DNA from: an uncultured Melioribacteraceae bacterium
Lineage (GTDB): Bacteria > Bacteroidota > Ignavibacteria > Ignavibacteriales > Melioribacteraceae
Assembly (NCBI GenBank): GCA_964437215.1
Contig: CAYTFZ010000004.1
Span: forward strand, 9,077-73,076
Direction of reading: 5' to 3'
DNA length: 64,000 nucleotides
Shown: piece by piece, positions 38,624-48,305 of the stretch
Position numbering within the stretch: position 1 is the first letter of the stretch
Layout of the letters: each line of letters begins with the position of its first letter
Notes under the pieces: model-generated
What the model was told of the DNA's origin: nothing
Seen by the model: the letters and a program-made list of their open reading frames with translations, nothing else
Databases searched by the model: none
Made by a program: the position numbers and the translations under genes

Positions 38624-39160
38624 TCAGCTTTTCCACTTAATTGTACACCCGATCGAAAATGTTTCAGGCATCGAAATTTCTTTTCCTTGCAGCATTTCGG
38701 AAATTGCTTCTTCGAGATAACGGGTTTTCACTTGTTCAGCGTCCTGCCAATTATCATCAATTTTTCCGTGATAACGTAATTTCTTATCCGCATCGAAAAG
38801 AAATGCCTCGGGGGTGTGAGTTGCACCAAAAACTTTTGCAACCGATTGGTCTTCATCGCGCAAATACAAAAAATTAAAATTCTTCTCCCTGCTTCTTGCA
38901 ATCATATTTTCGAAACTGTCTTCGGGGTATTTTTCGGAATCATTTGAATTTACAGCTGCAATTGCAATGTCGTTGTAATATTTTTTCTGTAAATCAATTA
39001 TCCTGTTTTCATAAGCTTGAACATAAGGGCAATGATTGCAAGTGAAAATAATGACTAATCCCTTTTTTATAAGATTTTTTAGCGTGTAGATTTTTCCGTC
39101 AGTAGCCGGTAAAATACAATCGGGCATTTCCGAACCGATAATTAATTTATCTGTTGCCAT
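38624..39160 (-). CDS. Thioredoxin-fold protein (AhpC/TSA-redoxin-like)
   Basis: GLVIIFTCNHCPYV CxxC motif in a redoxin-like context; 178 aa. Confidence 0.7.
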   Translation of the reverse strand: MATDKLIIGSEMPDCILPATDGKIYTLKNLIKKGLVIIFTCNHCPYVQAYENRIIDLQKKYYNDIAIAAVNSNDSEKYPEDSFENMIARSREKNFNFLYLRDEDQSVAKVFGATHTPEAFLFDADKKLRYHGKIDDNWQDAEQVKTRYLEEAISEMLQGKEISMPETFSIGCTIKWKS

Positions 39161-39264
39161 ATTTTTCCTGAATAAATTAGTTTATAATTTCTTAATTTTA
39201 AAAAGAATACTAAAAAATATGCTGAACTTTTTAAAGTTAATAATTTTTAATGAGAAGGTGATTA

Positions 39265-40677
39265 GTGAAGAATGTTTTGCAAATCAACGAGATCTACAGC
39301 AGATACGATACTTATTCCGAAAAGAGTTTATCAGGCAGAATTATTAAAGTTGAAAATATTATGCCATTACTAAAAGAATTTTCGGCAAAACACCTTTTTG
39401 AAGTAAAAGTTATTGGAAATTCAGTTAAAGGCAAGCCTGTTCATTCAATAAAATTCGGGCACGGAAAAACAAAAGTGCTGATGTGGACGCAAATGCATGG
39501 TGACGAACCGACGGCAACTAAAGCTGTTTTCGATCTTCTGAATTTTCTATCTGCTGCCGACGATTTTGAAAATTTGCGGAAAACAATATTTAAAAATCTT
39601 ACAGTCCAGATAATCCCGATGCTTAATCCAGATGGCGCCGAAATTTTTACCCGCGAGAACGCACTGAATATTGATATAAACAGAGATGCAAAAAGATTGC
39701 AGTCACCCGAAGCCAAAATATTATGGGATATCCGTGAAAAATTCAATCCGGATTTCGGGTTTAATCTGCACGATCAAAATAACCGCTATTCGGCCGGAAA
39801 AACTTTTAAAAGCGCAGTTATTTCGATGCTTGCTCCTCCGTATAATAAAAAGAAGACAGTTGATAAAACCCGAAAAAAAGCCATGCAGATAATTGTTGAT
39901 ATCCGAAGAGAGTTGAAAAAATTTGTGCCGGGACATATTGCAAGATATAATGACGATTTTGAACCCAGAGCTTTCGGCGATAATTTTATGCGGCGTGGAA
40001 CAAGTACAATTTTAATTGAATCGGGTGGCTGGAAAGATGATGATGATAAGGAATTTGTAAGGAAAATGAATTTTCTGGCATTTATTTCAGCATTGAGTTC
40101 AATCGCATCTAAAAGTTATAAAGAATCCCGATTTAAAGAATATTATAGAATACCGGAAAATGAAAAAATTCTGTTTGATGTACTTCTCCGCAATCTTATA
40201 AGGAAAATTAACGGCTGCGAGCATATTGTTGATATTGGAATCAACCGGACCGAACAGGTTGATGAAAACGGCAGAATCTTTTATAAAGGTACTATTGGAG
40301 ATTTGGGTGATTTATCCACTTTTTTTGGATATGAAGAATATGACCTTGAAGGATTCGAAATAAAAAAAGCCGAATACTTTTCGGAAAAATTTAGAAATAT
40401 TGAAAACATTGAAATAAAGAATATTGATAGAGAGTTACAAAACGGAAAAATGATAATCCTCGTGAATGAAAAAATTCCCCGCGACCGTCCCTTTGAATTA
40501 CCTATTTTAGTAATTAACGAAAACGATAACTTCGACAATTTAATAAAAACCGATTGCCCTGCATTCTTTTCAATATGCAAAGACAATAAAAACAATTATT
40601 CTGTTGTAAACGGTTTCTTCCGCGATAATTTTATTACGTCTTCGCAAAAAACTAATGGAATTGTGATGAAACTATGA
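39265..40677 (+). CDS. M14-family zinc carboxypeptidase-like protein
   Basis: MWTQMHGDEPTAT (HxxE zinc motif), MLNPDGAE, NRDA, and a later H ligand region (FNLHDQ). GAAGGTG Shine-Dalgarno motif before the GTG start. Confidence 0.7.
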   Translation: MKNVLQINEIYSRYDTYSEKSLSGRIIKVENIMPLLKEFSAKHLFEVKVIGNSVKGKPVHSIKFGHGKTKVLMWTQMHGDEPTATKAVFDLLNFLSAADDFENLRKTIFKNLTVQIIPMLNPDGAEIFTRENALNIDINRDAKRLQSPEAKILWDIREKFNPDFGFNLHDQNNRYSAGKTFKSAVISMLAPPYNKKKTVDKTRKKAMQIIVDIRRELKKFVPGHIARYNDDFEPRAFGDNFMRRGTSTILIESGGWKDDDDKEFVRKMNFLAFISALSSIASKSYKESRFKEYYRIPENEKILFDVLLRNLIRKINGCEHIVDIGINRTEQVDENGRIFYKGTIGDLGDLSTFFGYEEYDLEGFEIKKAEYFSEKFRNIENIEIKNIDRELQNGKMIILVNEKIPRDRPFELPILVINENDNFDNLIKTDCPAFFSICKDNKNNYSVVNGFFRDNFITSSQKTNGIVMKL

Positions 40678-40928
40678 AGAGCAAGAAAAATAATTATTTT
40701 ATAGTTTAACCGCGTAAACCTGTTGTTTTTTACAGTTTGCTGGCTGGCAAATTATCAGCAGCAAAAAACTAATCCTTATGAAATAAGAAGACAAATTGAA
40801 TATGAGAAATATATTATTCTCACATTCAGTTTTAAGATTTAACATTCGAATTTAAATACTGTTGAATATTTAGAAGAAAAGGATATATTTACTCTTAAAA
40901 AAAGAAAATTCTTATAAAGAGGTTTTCT

Positions 40929-43379
40929 ATGTTTAAGAAAAAATACCAAAGAATCTTTTTCATAACGTTTTATCTTTCATATTTTGCTTACCCTGCTTTT
41001 AGTCAAGCGCAAATGCAATTTAATATTACTGAGGATATTAAAACGGAGTTTGCAACATATCATCCTTTCCCCGCAGTTTTTAATCCTCAAATCTCCTCAT
41101 TTACCATTGAACCTGATTTAAGTGATGTTCAATATTTACCTCCGATTAGTCCAGAAGATTTGAATATGCTGAAAAATAATCACTTTACTGTTCGTAAAAG
41201 CGAGTTTACACAAATTTATGATGTTTATAATGCAGCAACGCTTGGGAGTGACCCTGTTTTTATTACTTCTGATGCAGTTTTACACGCCTATCACGTTTTG
41301 TACGACCGTTTTTTAATGAAGACAGAGAGTAATAAATTTTATTCTTCACTGAATGAATTAACAGATTCGCTTTTAAACAAGACTTATTTCCTTTACAAAA
41401 ATGAAGAGACTTTAGATGTAAAAGAAGCATTGTTCAGGAATCTAGCTTTTTTTTCTGTTGCAAAAAAACTATTATCGGTGGATAGTATTGTTGTATATGA
41501 TGAAGTAAAGGATTTAGTAAATGAAGAAATCCAGCTTATTAATCAGCATCAGGGATTTAGTTATTCGCCGATTTTGGGAAACTTTTCGCAGCTCGATTAC
41601 AGCCAGTTTCAGGTTCGCGGGCACTATACAAAGTCGGATACATTATCGGCATACTTTAAAACAATGATGTGGTATGGATGGACTATTTTTACAATGGAGC
41701 CTGATTTGTTCGGTAACCTTTCTTTAACCCATACGCTGCAAGCTTTGTTCAATGTTAAGATAATTTATTCGGATGAAGAACTATTAAACTTGTGGAAAGC
41801 TATTTATGAGCCGACAGTCTTTTTTGCAGGAAAAACTGACGATCCTAATCTAAAGGATTACAAGAAAATTGCTGATGAAATATACGGAGAAAATTTTGTC
41901 GAATTATCTCCACAAAGTATTGCAAATACTGAAATGCTGAATAGTTTTATCGAAAAAGCAAAAATGCTGCCAGAGCCGAAAATCCCGAATTATATTTACG
42001 GAAGCACAGGTGTATATAAGGGTTTCAGGTTTATGGGACAAAGATTTATTCCCGATTCGTATATGTTTTCGGGATTAGTATATCCATCAGTTGGCAGCCG
42101 GTTTTTCCCAAAAGGACTTGATTTAATGTATGTGTTGGGTTCCGAAAGAGCTTATTCAATTTTAGATTCTGTATATCACGAAACTGAAAATGCTGCTTAC
42201 GTTTCTCAATTAAACCAATTCAGAACGGAATTCAGTAATAAATCAGGCGAAGAATGGGTTCAAAATTTATATTGGGATTGGCTTTATTGTTTAATGCCGC
42301 TGCTTTATGAGAAAAATTCCGGGTATCCTTATTTTATGCAGAACATTGCCTGGATGGATAAAGAACTTTTAACAGCCTTAGCTTCTTGGGCAGAATTACG
42401 GCACGATACTATTCTTTACGGCAAACAAAGCAGTACGCCTAGAACCAGTCTGCCCGAAACAGCTCCGGGATATGTTGAACCTAATCCATATTTGTATGCC
42501 CGTCTGGCAAGTCTTGTAAAATATACAAAAGACGGATTGCAGAGTTTTAATTTGATGAATGAAAATATTTTGAAATCCACTCAGTTGTTAGAGGATTATT
42601 TATTGTTCTTAAGAGATGCATCAATAAAGGAATTGGAAGAAATTCCGCTTTCGGAACAGGATTATAAAAATATTTTAAGCTTCGGTTCAATACTAAGCCA
42701 GTTAGTTAATGATCCGGACGATAAGACAGGTAAAGATAAAATGCCTGTTGTTGCAGACGTTCATACCGATCAAAATACTAACAGATGTCTTGAAGAAGCT
42801 GTAGGATTTCCGCTGGAAATACTTGTTATTGTAAATGAAGGAGGAGTTAAAAGACTTGCCAGAGGGGTAGTATTTTCGTATTATGAATTTACTCAGCCTA
42901 TTGAAACCAGGCTTACTGATGAAGCCTGGTTTGAAATGTTGAACAATACTCCTCCTGATTTGCCCGATTGGTTTGAAAGTTTTATGGACTTAAATGCTTC
43001 TCAGCCTACATATTTGCAGGATGAAGTTCCTAATCTTTTTGGAAACAAATTTAATTATACAGTATCAGTTGATCCTGATTTAAGCGGTATTCCTGAAATT
43101 TTCGCATTATCACAAAATTACCCAAATCCGTTTAATCCTTCTACAATAATAAGGTATTCCCTGCCTGCCGGCAGGCAGGAATTACCAATGAACAATATGG
43201 TAACTCTTAAAATCTATAATATGCTCGGTCAGGAAGTAGCAACACTTGTAAACAAAGAACAACCAGCCGGAAATTATGAGGTTAAATTTGATGCCGGAAA
43301 TCTTGCTTCGGGAGTATATCTGTACCGTTTGCAGGCAGGTGAATTTTCTTCAGTAAAAAAACTTATTCTTATGAAGTAG
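40929..43379 (+). CDS. DUF3160-domain protein with a T9SS-type C-terminal sorting domain
   Basis: FQVRGHYTKSDTLSAYFKTMMWYGW and WAELRHDTILYGKQSS motifs as in DUF3160. The last ~80 aa, NYPNPFNPSTIIRYSLP...LKIYNMLGQEVATLVN...GNYEVKFDAGNLASGVYLYRLQAGEFSSVKKLILMK, form a typical Por/T9SS C-terminal domain. Confidence 0.7.
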   Translation: MFKKKYQRIFFITFYLSYFAYPAFSQAQMQFNITEDIKTEFATYHPFPAVFNPQISSFTIEPDLSDVQYLPPISPEDLNMLKNNHFTVRKSEFTQIYDVYNAATLGSDPVFITSDAVLHAYHVLYDRFLMKTESNKFYSSLNELTDSLLNKTYFLYKNEETLDVKEALFRNLAFFSVAKKLLSVDSIVVYDEVKDLVNEEIQLINQHQGFSYSPILGNFSQLDYSQFQVRGHYTKSDTLSAYFKTMMWYGWTIFTMEPDLFGNLSLTHTLQALFNVKIIYSDEELLNLWKAIYEPTVFFAGKTDDPNLKDYKKIADEIYGENFVELSPQSIANTEMLNSFIEKAKMLPEPKIPNYIYGSTGVYKGFRFMGQRFIPDSYMFSGLVYPSVGSRFFPKGLDLMYVLGSERAYSILDSVYHETENAAYVSQLNQFRTEFSNKSGEEWVQNLYWDWLYCLMPLLYEKNSGYPYFMQNIAWMDKELLTALASWAELRHDTILYGKQSSTPRTSLPETAPGYVEPNPYLYARLASLVKYTKDGLQSFNLMNENILKSTQLLEDYLLFLRDASIKELEEIPLSEQDYKNILSFGSILSQLVNDPDDKTGKDKMPVVADVHTDQNTNRCLEEAVGFPLEILVIVNEGGVKRLARGVVFSYYEFTQPIETRLTDEAWFEMLNNTPPDLPDWFESFMDLNASQPTYLQDEVPNLFGNKFNYTVSVDPDLSGIPEIFALSQNYPNPFNPSTIIRYSLPAGRQELPMNNMVTLKIYNMLGQEVATLVNKEQPAGNYEVKFDAGNLASGVYLYRLQAGEFSSVKKLILMK
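43160..43179. repeat. Perfect 20-bp GC-rich palindrome CCTGCCTGCCGGCAGGCAGG inside the sorting-domain coding region
   Basis: Checked base by base: positions 43160-43169 are the reverse complement of 43170-43179. It encodes PAGRQE. Confidence 0.9.
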
Positions 43380-43412
43380 AACGAATTTATCTAATAATAA
43401 ATAGAGAGTTTT

Positions 43413-45314
43413 ATGAACAAAAATGTGCTTTTAAGGAAGTTTTTAATATTATCGGTTATTTTAATTTTAACAGGAACAATCAATTTATTTTCTGAAACGC
43501 AGAAAAATATTCACGCCTGGGAAATGGTAGAAATAGAACTATTGGCAGAAAAAGAATATGAAAATCCATACAAAGATGTAATTTGCTGGGTAAAATTAAA
43601 GGGACCTGATTTTGATAAACTTGTATATGGTTTTTGGGATGGCGGAAAATCCTTTAAGGTTAGAATTGTTGCAGAAAAATCAGGAGTTTGGAATTGGGAA
43701 AGCGGCTCAAATCAGGCAGATGACAAAGGCTTAAACGGAAAAACTGGTTCGTTTACTGCAATTGAATGGACTGAACAGGAAAAATCGGCTAATCCGAATC
43801 GCAGAGGTTTTATACGTCCTACTTCAAACGGACGGGCATTGCAATATGCTGACGGAACACCTTATTTTATGATAGGCGATACTTGGCTTGCAGGAGCTAC
43901 CTGGCGTTTGCCTTTCCGGAATGCGGCGACAAATGACGACTATATTCCGTCTCCGGGGATCGGTTTTGAAGATGCTGTGAATTACAGAAAAAATCAAGGG
44001 TTTAATTCAGTAAGTATGATTGCCTGCTTCCCTAACTGGGAATCGGATTACAACCCAAGCACTTATGCAGATGAAAATGGGATTTATCCTCGTAATGCTT
44101 GGGAAAAGTTTGAATATCTTACAAAAGACGGAAAAATGACCTCAAAAAATATGCGGGATGAATATGGAAATATTCCATTTAAAATGTCAGAAAAGCATCC
44201 AGGGGTTGCAGATTTTGAAAGAATAATTCCGGAATATTTTAAAAGTCTGGATAGAAAAATGCAATATCTTTCTGAACAAGGATTTGTTCCGCTGCTCGAA
44301 ACCGTTAGAAGAGATATGTGTCCCACTTGGAAAGCTTATTTCGATTTCAATGAATCATATTCAAGATTTGTTCAGTATTTAAGTTCGCGTTACGGCGCAT
44401 ATAATTTTATTTACAGTAAAATTCATCTCGATTGGATTCCTCAATTATACAGTATAACGGCCAATGAATTTAACGAAGCGCTTATTTATCACTTAAATAA
44501 ATACGGACATATGCCTTTCGGGCAGCCGGTAACAACATTAATCAGCAATTCAACTTATATGCAGTTCGGTCACGCTGAGGATTGCCCTTGGCTAACTATG
44601 CACAGCGTAGGAAATAAACCCCGCGATCACCGTGTGGCAGATTCGCTGGAGCAGATATTCAACTTGAATCCTCCATATCCTGCAATAAATTTTGAACCAT
44701 ATTACACAGGATGGGATCACGAAATTAATATGCCTAACGGAGAAAGACCGCCGGCAAATTCGGAGCGCGATAATTACTTTGCAAGAGCGCAGATGTACGG
44801 ATCGGTTCTTTCGGGCGGACTATCGGGTCACGTTCACGGAACGGCAGCATACGATATTACAACAACCGGTGAACCGGAAGGAATGCGCCCGCATATTTGG
44901 GATGCTTTAAAATACGAATCTGCAAACTATATGAAGCATTTAAAATCATTTATTTTATCGGAAGGAAAAGAATATCAGAATTTAGTGCCGACAAGACAAG
45001 ATATTTTACCCAATAAAGCACTAAATAGTCCGGAAAAGGGTCTTGATGGATGGGCTTATATGCTTACAAATTCCGAACGGAAAATGGCTTTCTTGTATTT
45101 TGAAAATGAATCAGAAGTGCCTGAATTGAAGAATTTTAAGAAAAATGCTGAATATAAATTTCATTGGTTTAACACAATCACTGGTGAATGGAAAGAAGAA
45201 ATTACGATTAAGACAGATGAAAATGGGAATCTTGTCCTTCCAAATTTTCCGGATAACAGGAAAAAATCGGATAGAGACTGGGCTGCAAAAGTAATACTGA
45301 AAAGCAAAAACTGA
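43413..45314 (+). CDS. Secreted putative glycoside hydrolase (N-terminal DUF5060-like Ig domain plus DUF4038/GH140-like catalytic domain)
   Basis: Signal peptide; WEMVEIELLAEKEYENPY...FWDGGKSFKVRI (DUF5060-like); LQYADGTPYFMIGDTWLAG (DUF4038-like TIM barrel start). The assignment rests on motif memory only. Confidence 0.45.
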   Translation: MNKNVLLRKFLILSVILILTGTINLFSETQKNIHAWEMVEIELLAEKEYENPYKDVICWVKLKGPDFDKLVYGFWDGGKSFKVRIVAEKSGVWNWESGSNQADDKGLNGKTGSFTAIEWTEQEKSANPNRRGFIRPTSNGRALQYADGTPYFMIGDTWLAGATWRLPFRNAATNDDYIPSPGIGFEDAVNYRKNQGFNSVSMIACFPNWESDYNPSTYADENGIYPRNAWEKFEYLTKDGKMTSKNMRDEYGNIPFKMSEKHPGVADFERIIPEYFKSLDRKMQYLSEQGFVPLLETVRRDMCPTWKAYFDFNESYSRFVQYLSSRYGAYNFIYSKIHLDWIPQLYSITANEFNEALIYHLNKYGHMPFGQPVTTLISNSTYMQFGHAEDCPWLTMHSVGNKPRDHRVADSLEQIFNLNPPYPAINFEPYYTGWDHEINMPNGERPPANSERDNYFARAQMYGSVLSGGLSGHVHGTAAYDITTTGEPEGMRPHIWDALKYESANYMKHLKSFILSEGKEYQNLVPTRQDILPNKALNSPEKGLDGWAYMLTNSERKMAFLYFENESEVPELKNFKKNAEYKFHWFNTITGEWKEEITIKTDENGNLVLPNFPDNRKKSDRDWAAKVILKSKN

Positions 45315-45326
45315 TATTAAATTATT

Positions 45327-45362
45327 GAGAGGGGAATACGGCAAAATTCCCTTCTTCTTTTC
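45327..45362 (+). terminator. Putative intrinsic terminator
   Basis: GAGAGGGGAAT-(loop acggcaaa)-ATTCCCTTCTT hairpin (with G-U pairs) followed by a T-rich tract, 13 nt after the stop. Confidence 0.4.
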
Positions 45363-45524
45363 CCAACCAAAATATTTTTAAAGAGGATGAAGTAGAAAAT
45401 ATTATCAATTTAGTAAAAATATAATGATATTACTTTAGTTCATTTATATTTGTTCAGTTCATATTGGGTAAACGGTAAGTTCAAATAAAATTACTACAAA
45501 TTAAACTAAGAGACAGGAGCTGTT

Positions 45525-46145
45525 ATGCATTTACGTTTTACAATGTTTTTATTAAGTATTATTTTCGTTCTGAATTCAATTCAGGCACAAATTGGAACTC
45601 ACTTTTCAACAACCGGAGGTGTTGCTTTCCCTCAGGCTGAGGATAGTGATTTATGGAATACAGGATATACTGTGAAGACAGATGGATTTTTTAAGATTGC
45701 CGATAACTGTTATTTGGGATTTCGTATTGGCTATACTTGGGCTTCAGTAAATGAAGAAAAATTTATGGATGAAATTGTGCCGAGTTTTAATGGGGATGTT
45801 GAACTTAGCGGATATCTTCAGCATGGAGAAATAGTACCTTCTTTCCGGTATATTTTTAATGATTCGGAAGATTCGGATATTAAATTTTTTGGTCAGGCTG
45901 GAGCCGGATTTTATTATACCCGCCGTAATTACTCATATAGCGGAGAGTATCATAGTGGTATGAGCCATCGATATATTTGGGGAGCTGATGCCTTAAATGA
46001 ATCTTCTGCAGGTATCGATTTAAGTGCAGGAATGATGATACAATTAAGCAGTGGTTTTGGCATCACAATTTATCCTATGTATCATGTAATATTCAACGAT
46101 TCTGAGGATAAAATGCTCTCGTTGAATTTAGGAATTGTTTATTAA
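45525..46145 (+). CDS. Small outer-membrane beta-barrel protein (hypothetical)
   Basis: Signal peptide ...NSIQA/Q, Gly/aromatic-rich alternating strands, and a C-terminal LNLGIVY. Confidence 0.5.
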   Translation: MHLRFTMFLLSIIFVLNSIQAQIGTHFSTTGGVAFPQAEDSDLWNTGYTVKTDGFFKIADNCYLGFRIGYTWASVNEEKFMDEIVPSFNGDVELSGYLQHGEIVPSFRYIFNDSEDSDIKFFGQAGAGFYYTRRNYSYSGEYHSGMSHRYIWGADALNESSAGIDLSAGMMIQLSSGFGITIYPMYHVIFNDSEDKMLSLNLGIVY

Positions 46146-46162
46146 AAGAGTATGAGTAAGAG

Positions 46163-46192
46163 GTAAGAGTAAGGGGGATTTCTTACTCTTAC
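46163..46192. terminator. Bidirectional hairpin terminator between convergent genes
   Basis: GTAAGAGTAAG-ggggattt-CTTACTCTTAC, a perfect 11-bp stem. The arm unit CTTACTCTT recurs a third time at 46201-46209, overlapping the trxB stop. Confidence 0.6.
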
Positions 46193-46201
46193 TCATAAAT
46201 C

Positions 46202-47170
46202 TTACTCTTGTTTACTTTCAAGCCAGCGTTCTGCATCAATTGCAGCCATTGCACCTGTCCCGGCTGCTGTAATTGCCTGACGGTAAGTTTTATCAGCAAC
46301 ATCTCCCGCAGCAAATACACCTTCAATATTTGTATAAGTTGATCCCGGCTTTACAATTAGATAACCGGTTTCATCCATATCAAGCTGACCTTTAAATAAT
46401 TCGGTATTAGGTTTATGACCTATAGCCATAAAAATACCGTCAACCGGAACAACTTCTGTAGAACCATCTTTTGTGTTTTTTAATCGCGCAGAAGTAACCA
46501 TCTTTCTTCCGTTTTCATCAACACCTAATATTTCATCAATAACTGTATTAAGCATAAATTTAATTTTAGGATTTTTCTGTGCCCGTTCGAGCATTATTTT
46601 TGAAGCGCGGAATTCTTCACGGCGATGAATTACAGTTACCTCGGAAGCAAAACGGGTTAAATAATTTGCTTCTTCCATTGCGCTGTCGCCGCCTCCAACA
46701 ACAAATATCTTTAAATTCCGGAAGAAAAATCCATCGCAGGTAGCACAAGCTGAAACACCGTAACCCATATATTTACTTTCCGATGGGATACCCATTAGTC
46801 GCGCGCTTGCTCCTGTTGAAATAATTACAGCATCAGCTGTGTGAATTTCATTTTCAGTTTTGATAGTAAATGGTCTTTTAGAGAAATCAACCTCTGTAAC
46901 TACTTTGAAAAAACTTTGTGCCCCGAAACGCTGAGCTTGTTTACGCATAATGTCCATTAGTTCGGGACCGTTAATACCGTTTTCGAATCCCGGAAAATTT
47001 TCAACTTCCGTTGTAATTGTAAGCTGTCCTCCGGGCTGTATTCCTTCAAAAATAACAGGTTCCAGATTTGCCCGGGAAGCATAAATAGCGGCTGTTAATC
47101 CGGCAGGACCAGATCCGATTATTACTATATTGTGATGATGATTTTCAGACATATTTTCTCCGTTACTCAA
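46202..47170 (-). CDS. trxB: Thioredoxin-disulfide reductase
   Basis: GSGPAGLTAAIYA (FAD), redox-active CATCDG, VVGGGDSAMEEA (NADPH), and GVFAAGDV. Confidence 0.95.
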   Translation of the reverse strand: MSNGENMSENHHHNIVIIGSGPAGLTAAIYASRANLEPVIFEGIQPGGQLTITTEVENFPGFENGINGPELMDIMRKQAQRFGAQSFFKVVTEVDFSKRPFTIKTENEIHTADAVIISTGASARLMGIPSESKYMGYGVSACATCDGFFFRNLKIFVVGGGDSAMEEANYLTRFASEVTVIHRREEFRASKIMLERAQKNPKIKFMLNTVIDEILGVDENGRKMVTSARLKNTKDGSTEVVPVDGIFMAIGHKPNTELFKGQLDMDETGYLIVKPGSTYTNIEGVFAAGDVADKTYRQAITAAGTGAMAAIDAERWLESKQE

Positions 47171-47273
47171 AATTTTAACTTTTTATTGGATTCATTTAAT
47201 AATAATAAGATTCAAAAAATATTATATAAAAATATTCAATTGGTTATTGAATTCATAGTTTAGAAAATTAAAA

Positions 47274-48233
47274 CTATGAATCGATAAAGACCTTTTTAAA
47301 CTTCTGCATTACCTTTTCGGGAGAAAAATCCTGCGAAAAAGCATCGTAATTATATTTATTATTTGGTTTAAAATTTACTAAAATATTATAAAGCTGTTCG
47401 TCATCAAAATAATAAATTCCTTTCTCCTTAAGATGCCAGAAGTGTGCCTGTTCGGGAGAACGCGCAAATGTAATAACCGGTTTGTTTTTAATCGAAAATT
47501 CTCCAACCGCAATTCCGAAAGTTTCACCGCGTAAACGGGCATGAAGCATAGCATCGCAAGTGTTAATAAATGCGGTTTTTATTTTATCATCTGCCGTACC
47601 GCTAACAAATTTAATGTTTTCAAATGATTCGCCATCCAAAAAATTATCTGTGTTCATAAAAATGAAATAAATATTGCTCCGTTCACGGGCAATATACTTT
47701 ACAACTTCTTTTACAAAATCTATATCAAATGTATCTTTACCGCCATAACGTCCAAAAACTGTTGCATCCGCAGGTATTTTTAAATATTCGCGGAAATGAA
47801 GTTGAACATCTGGAAGCTGAACAATATGCGGAACATAATCAAATTGTCCGCCGGTTACTACTTTGCTCATCCATTCCGAGATTACAGCATAAACATCCCC
47901 GTGCGGTTCAATTTCCCGAAAAACGCAATGAATACAATTTTTCGCTCCTTTTGCCAAAATACCATCGTTGGTTCCGTGCTTTATCGCATAAAAAATATCA
48001 CTTTTAGTCGAGTTGATAATTCTATTTAAATCTGTTAAATCACTGTACCAATTAATTTTTCCAAACCGTTTTTCAAATCTCTCAATCGCTTCAGTTGCAT
48101 TGTGCTGATTATTTCGATTTGCAACAATAATCGATTTATTACAAAGAATTTCTTCATTAAAATGCGCGTAATCGAATAAAGCGACTTCTGTTCCCCGGAT
48201 TGAAATTCCATTTGTATGAAATGCTATTTTCAT
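47274..48233 (-). CDS. Hypothetical protein, possibly a GT-B-fold glycosyltransferase
   Basis: The C-terminal segment MLHARLRGETFGIAVGEFSIKNKPVITF resembles the E-x-FG...E...G-xPVI motif of GT4-type enzymes. The rest is unassigned. Confidence 0.35.
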   Translation of the reverse strand: MKIAFHTNGISIRGTEVALFDYAHFNEEILCNKSIIVANRNNQHNATEAIERFEKRFGKINWYSDLTDLNRIINSTKSDIFYAIKHGTNDGILAKGAKNCIHCVFREIEPHGDVYAVISEWMSKVVTGGQFDYVPHIVQLPDVQLHFREYLKIPADATVFGRYGGKDTFDIDFVKEVVKYIARERSNIYFIFMNTDNFLDGESFENIKFVSGTADDKIKTAFINTCDAMLHARLRGETFGIAVGEFSIKNKPVITFARSPEQAHFWHLKEKGIYYFDDEQLYNILVNFKPNNKYNYDAFSQDFSPEKVMQKFKKVFIDS

Positions 48234-48305
48234 TTTACGTATTTTTAGTTTAATTCAAATTTATGGAAAAATGAGGAGATGTAAAACCTTTTTGTAGGAA
48301 TGATT

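Noticed and set aside
46151-46210. Threefold recurrence of the CTTACTCTT / GTAAGAG unit around the trxB stop, considered as a tandem-repeat element.
   Set aside because: Two of the copies form the arms of the 11-bp terminator stem, and the third overlaps the trxB stop codon. This is most simply a slipped or extended terminator hairpin, so it is reported as a terminator feature only.
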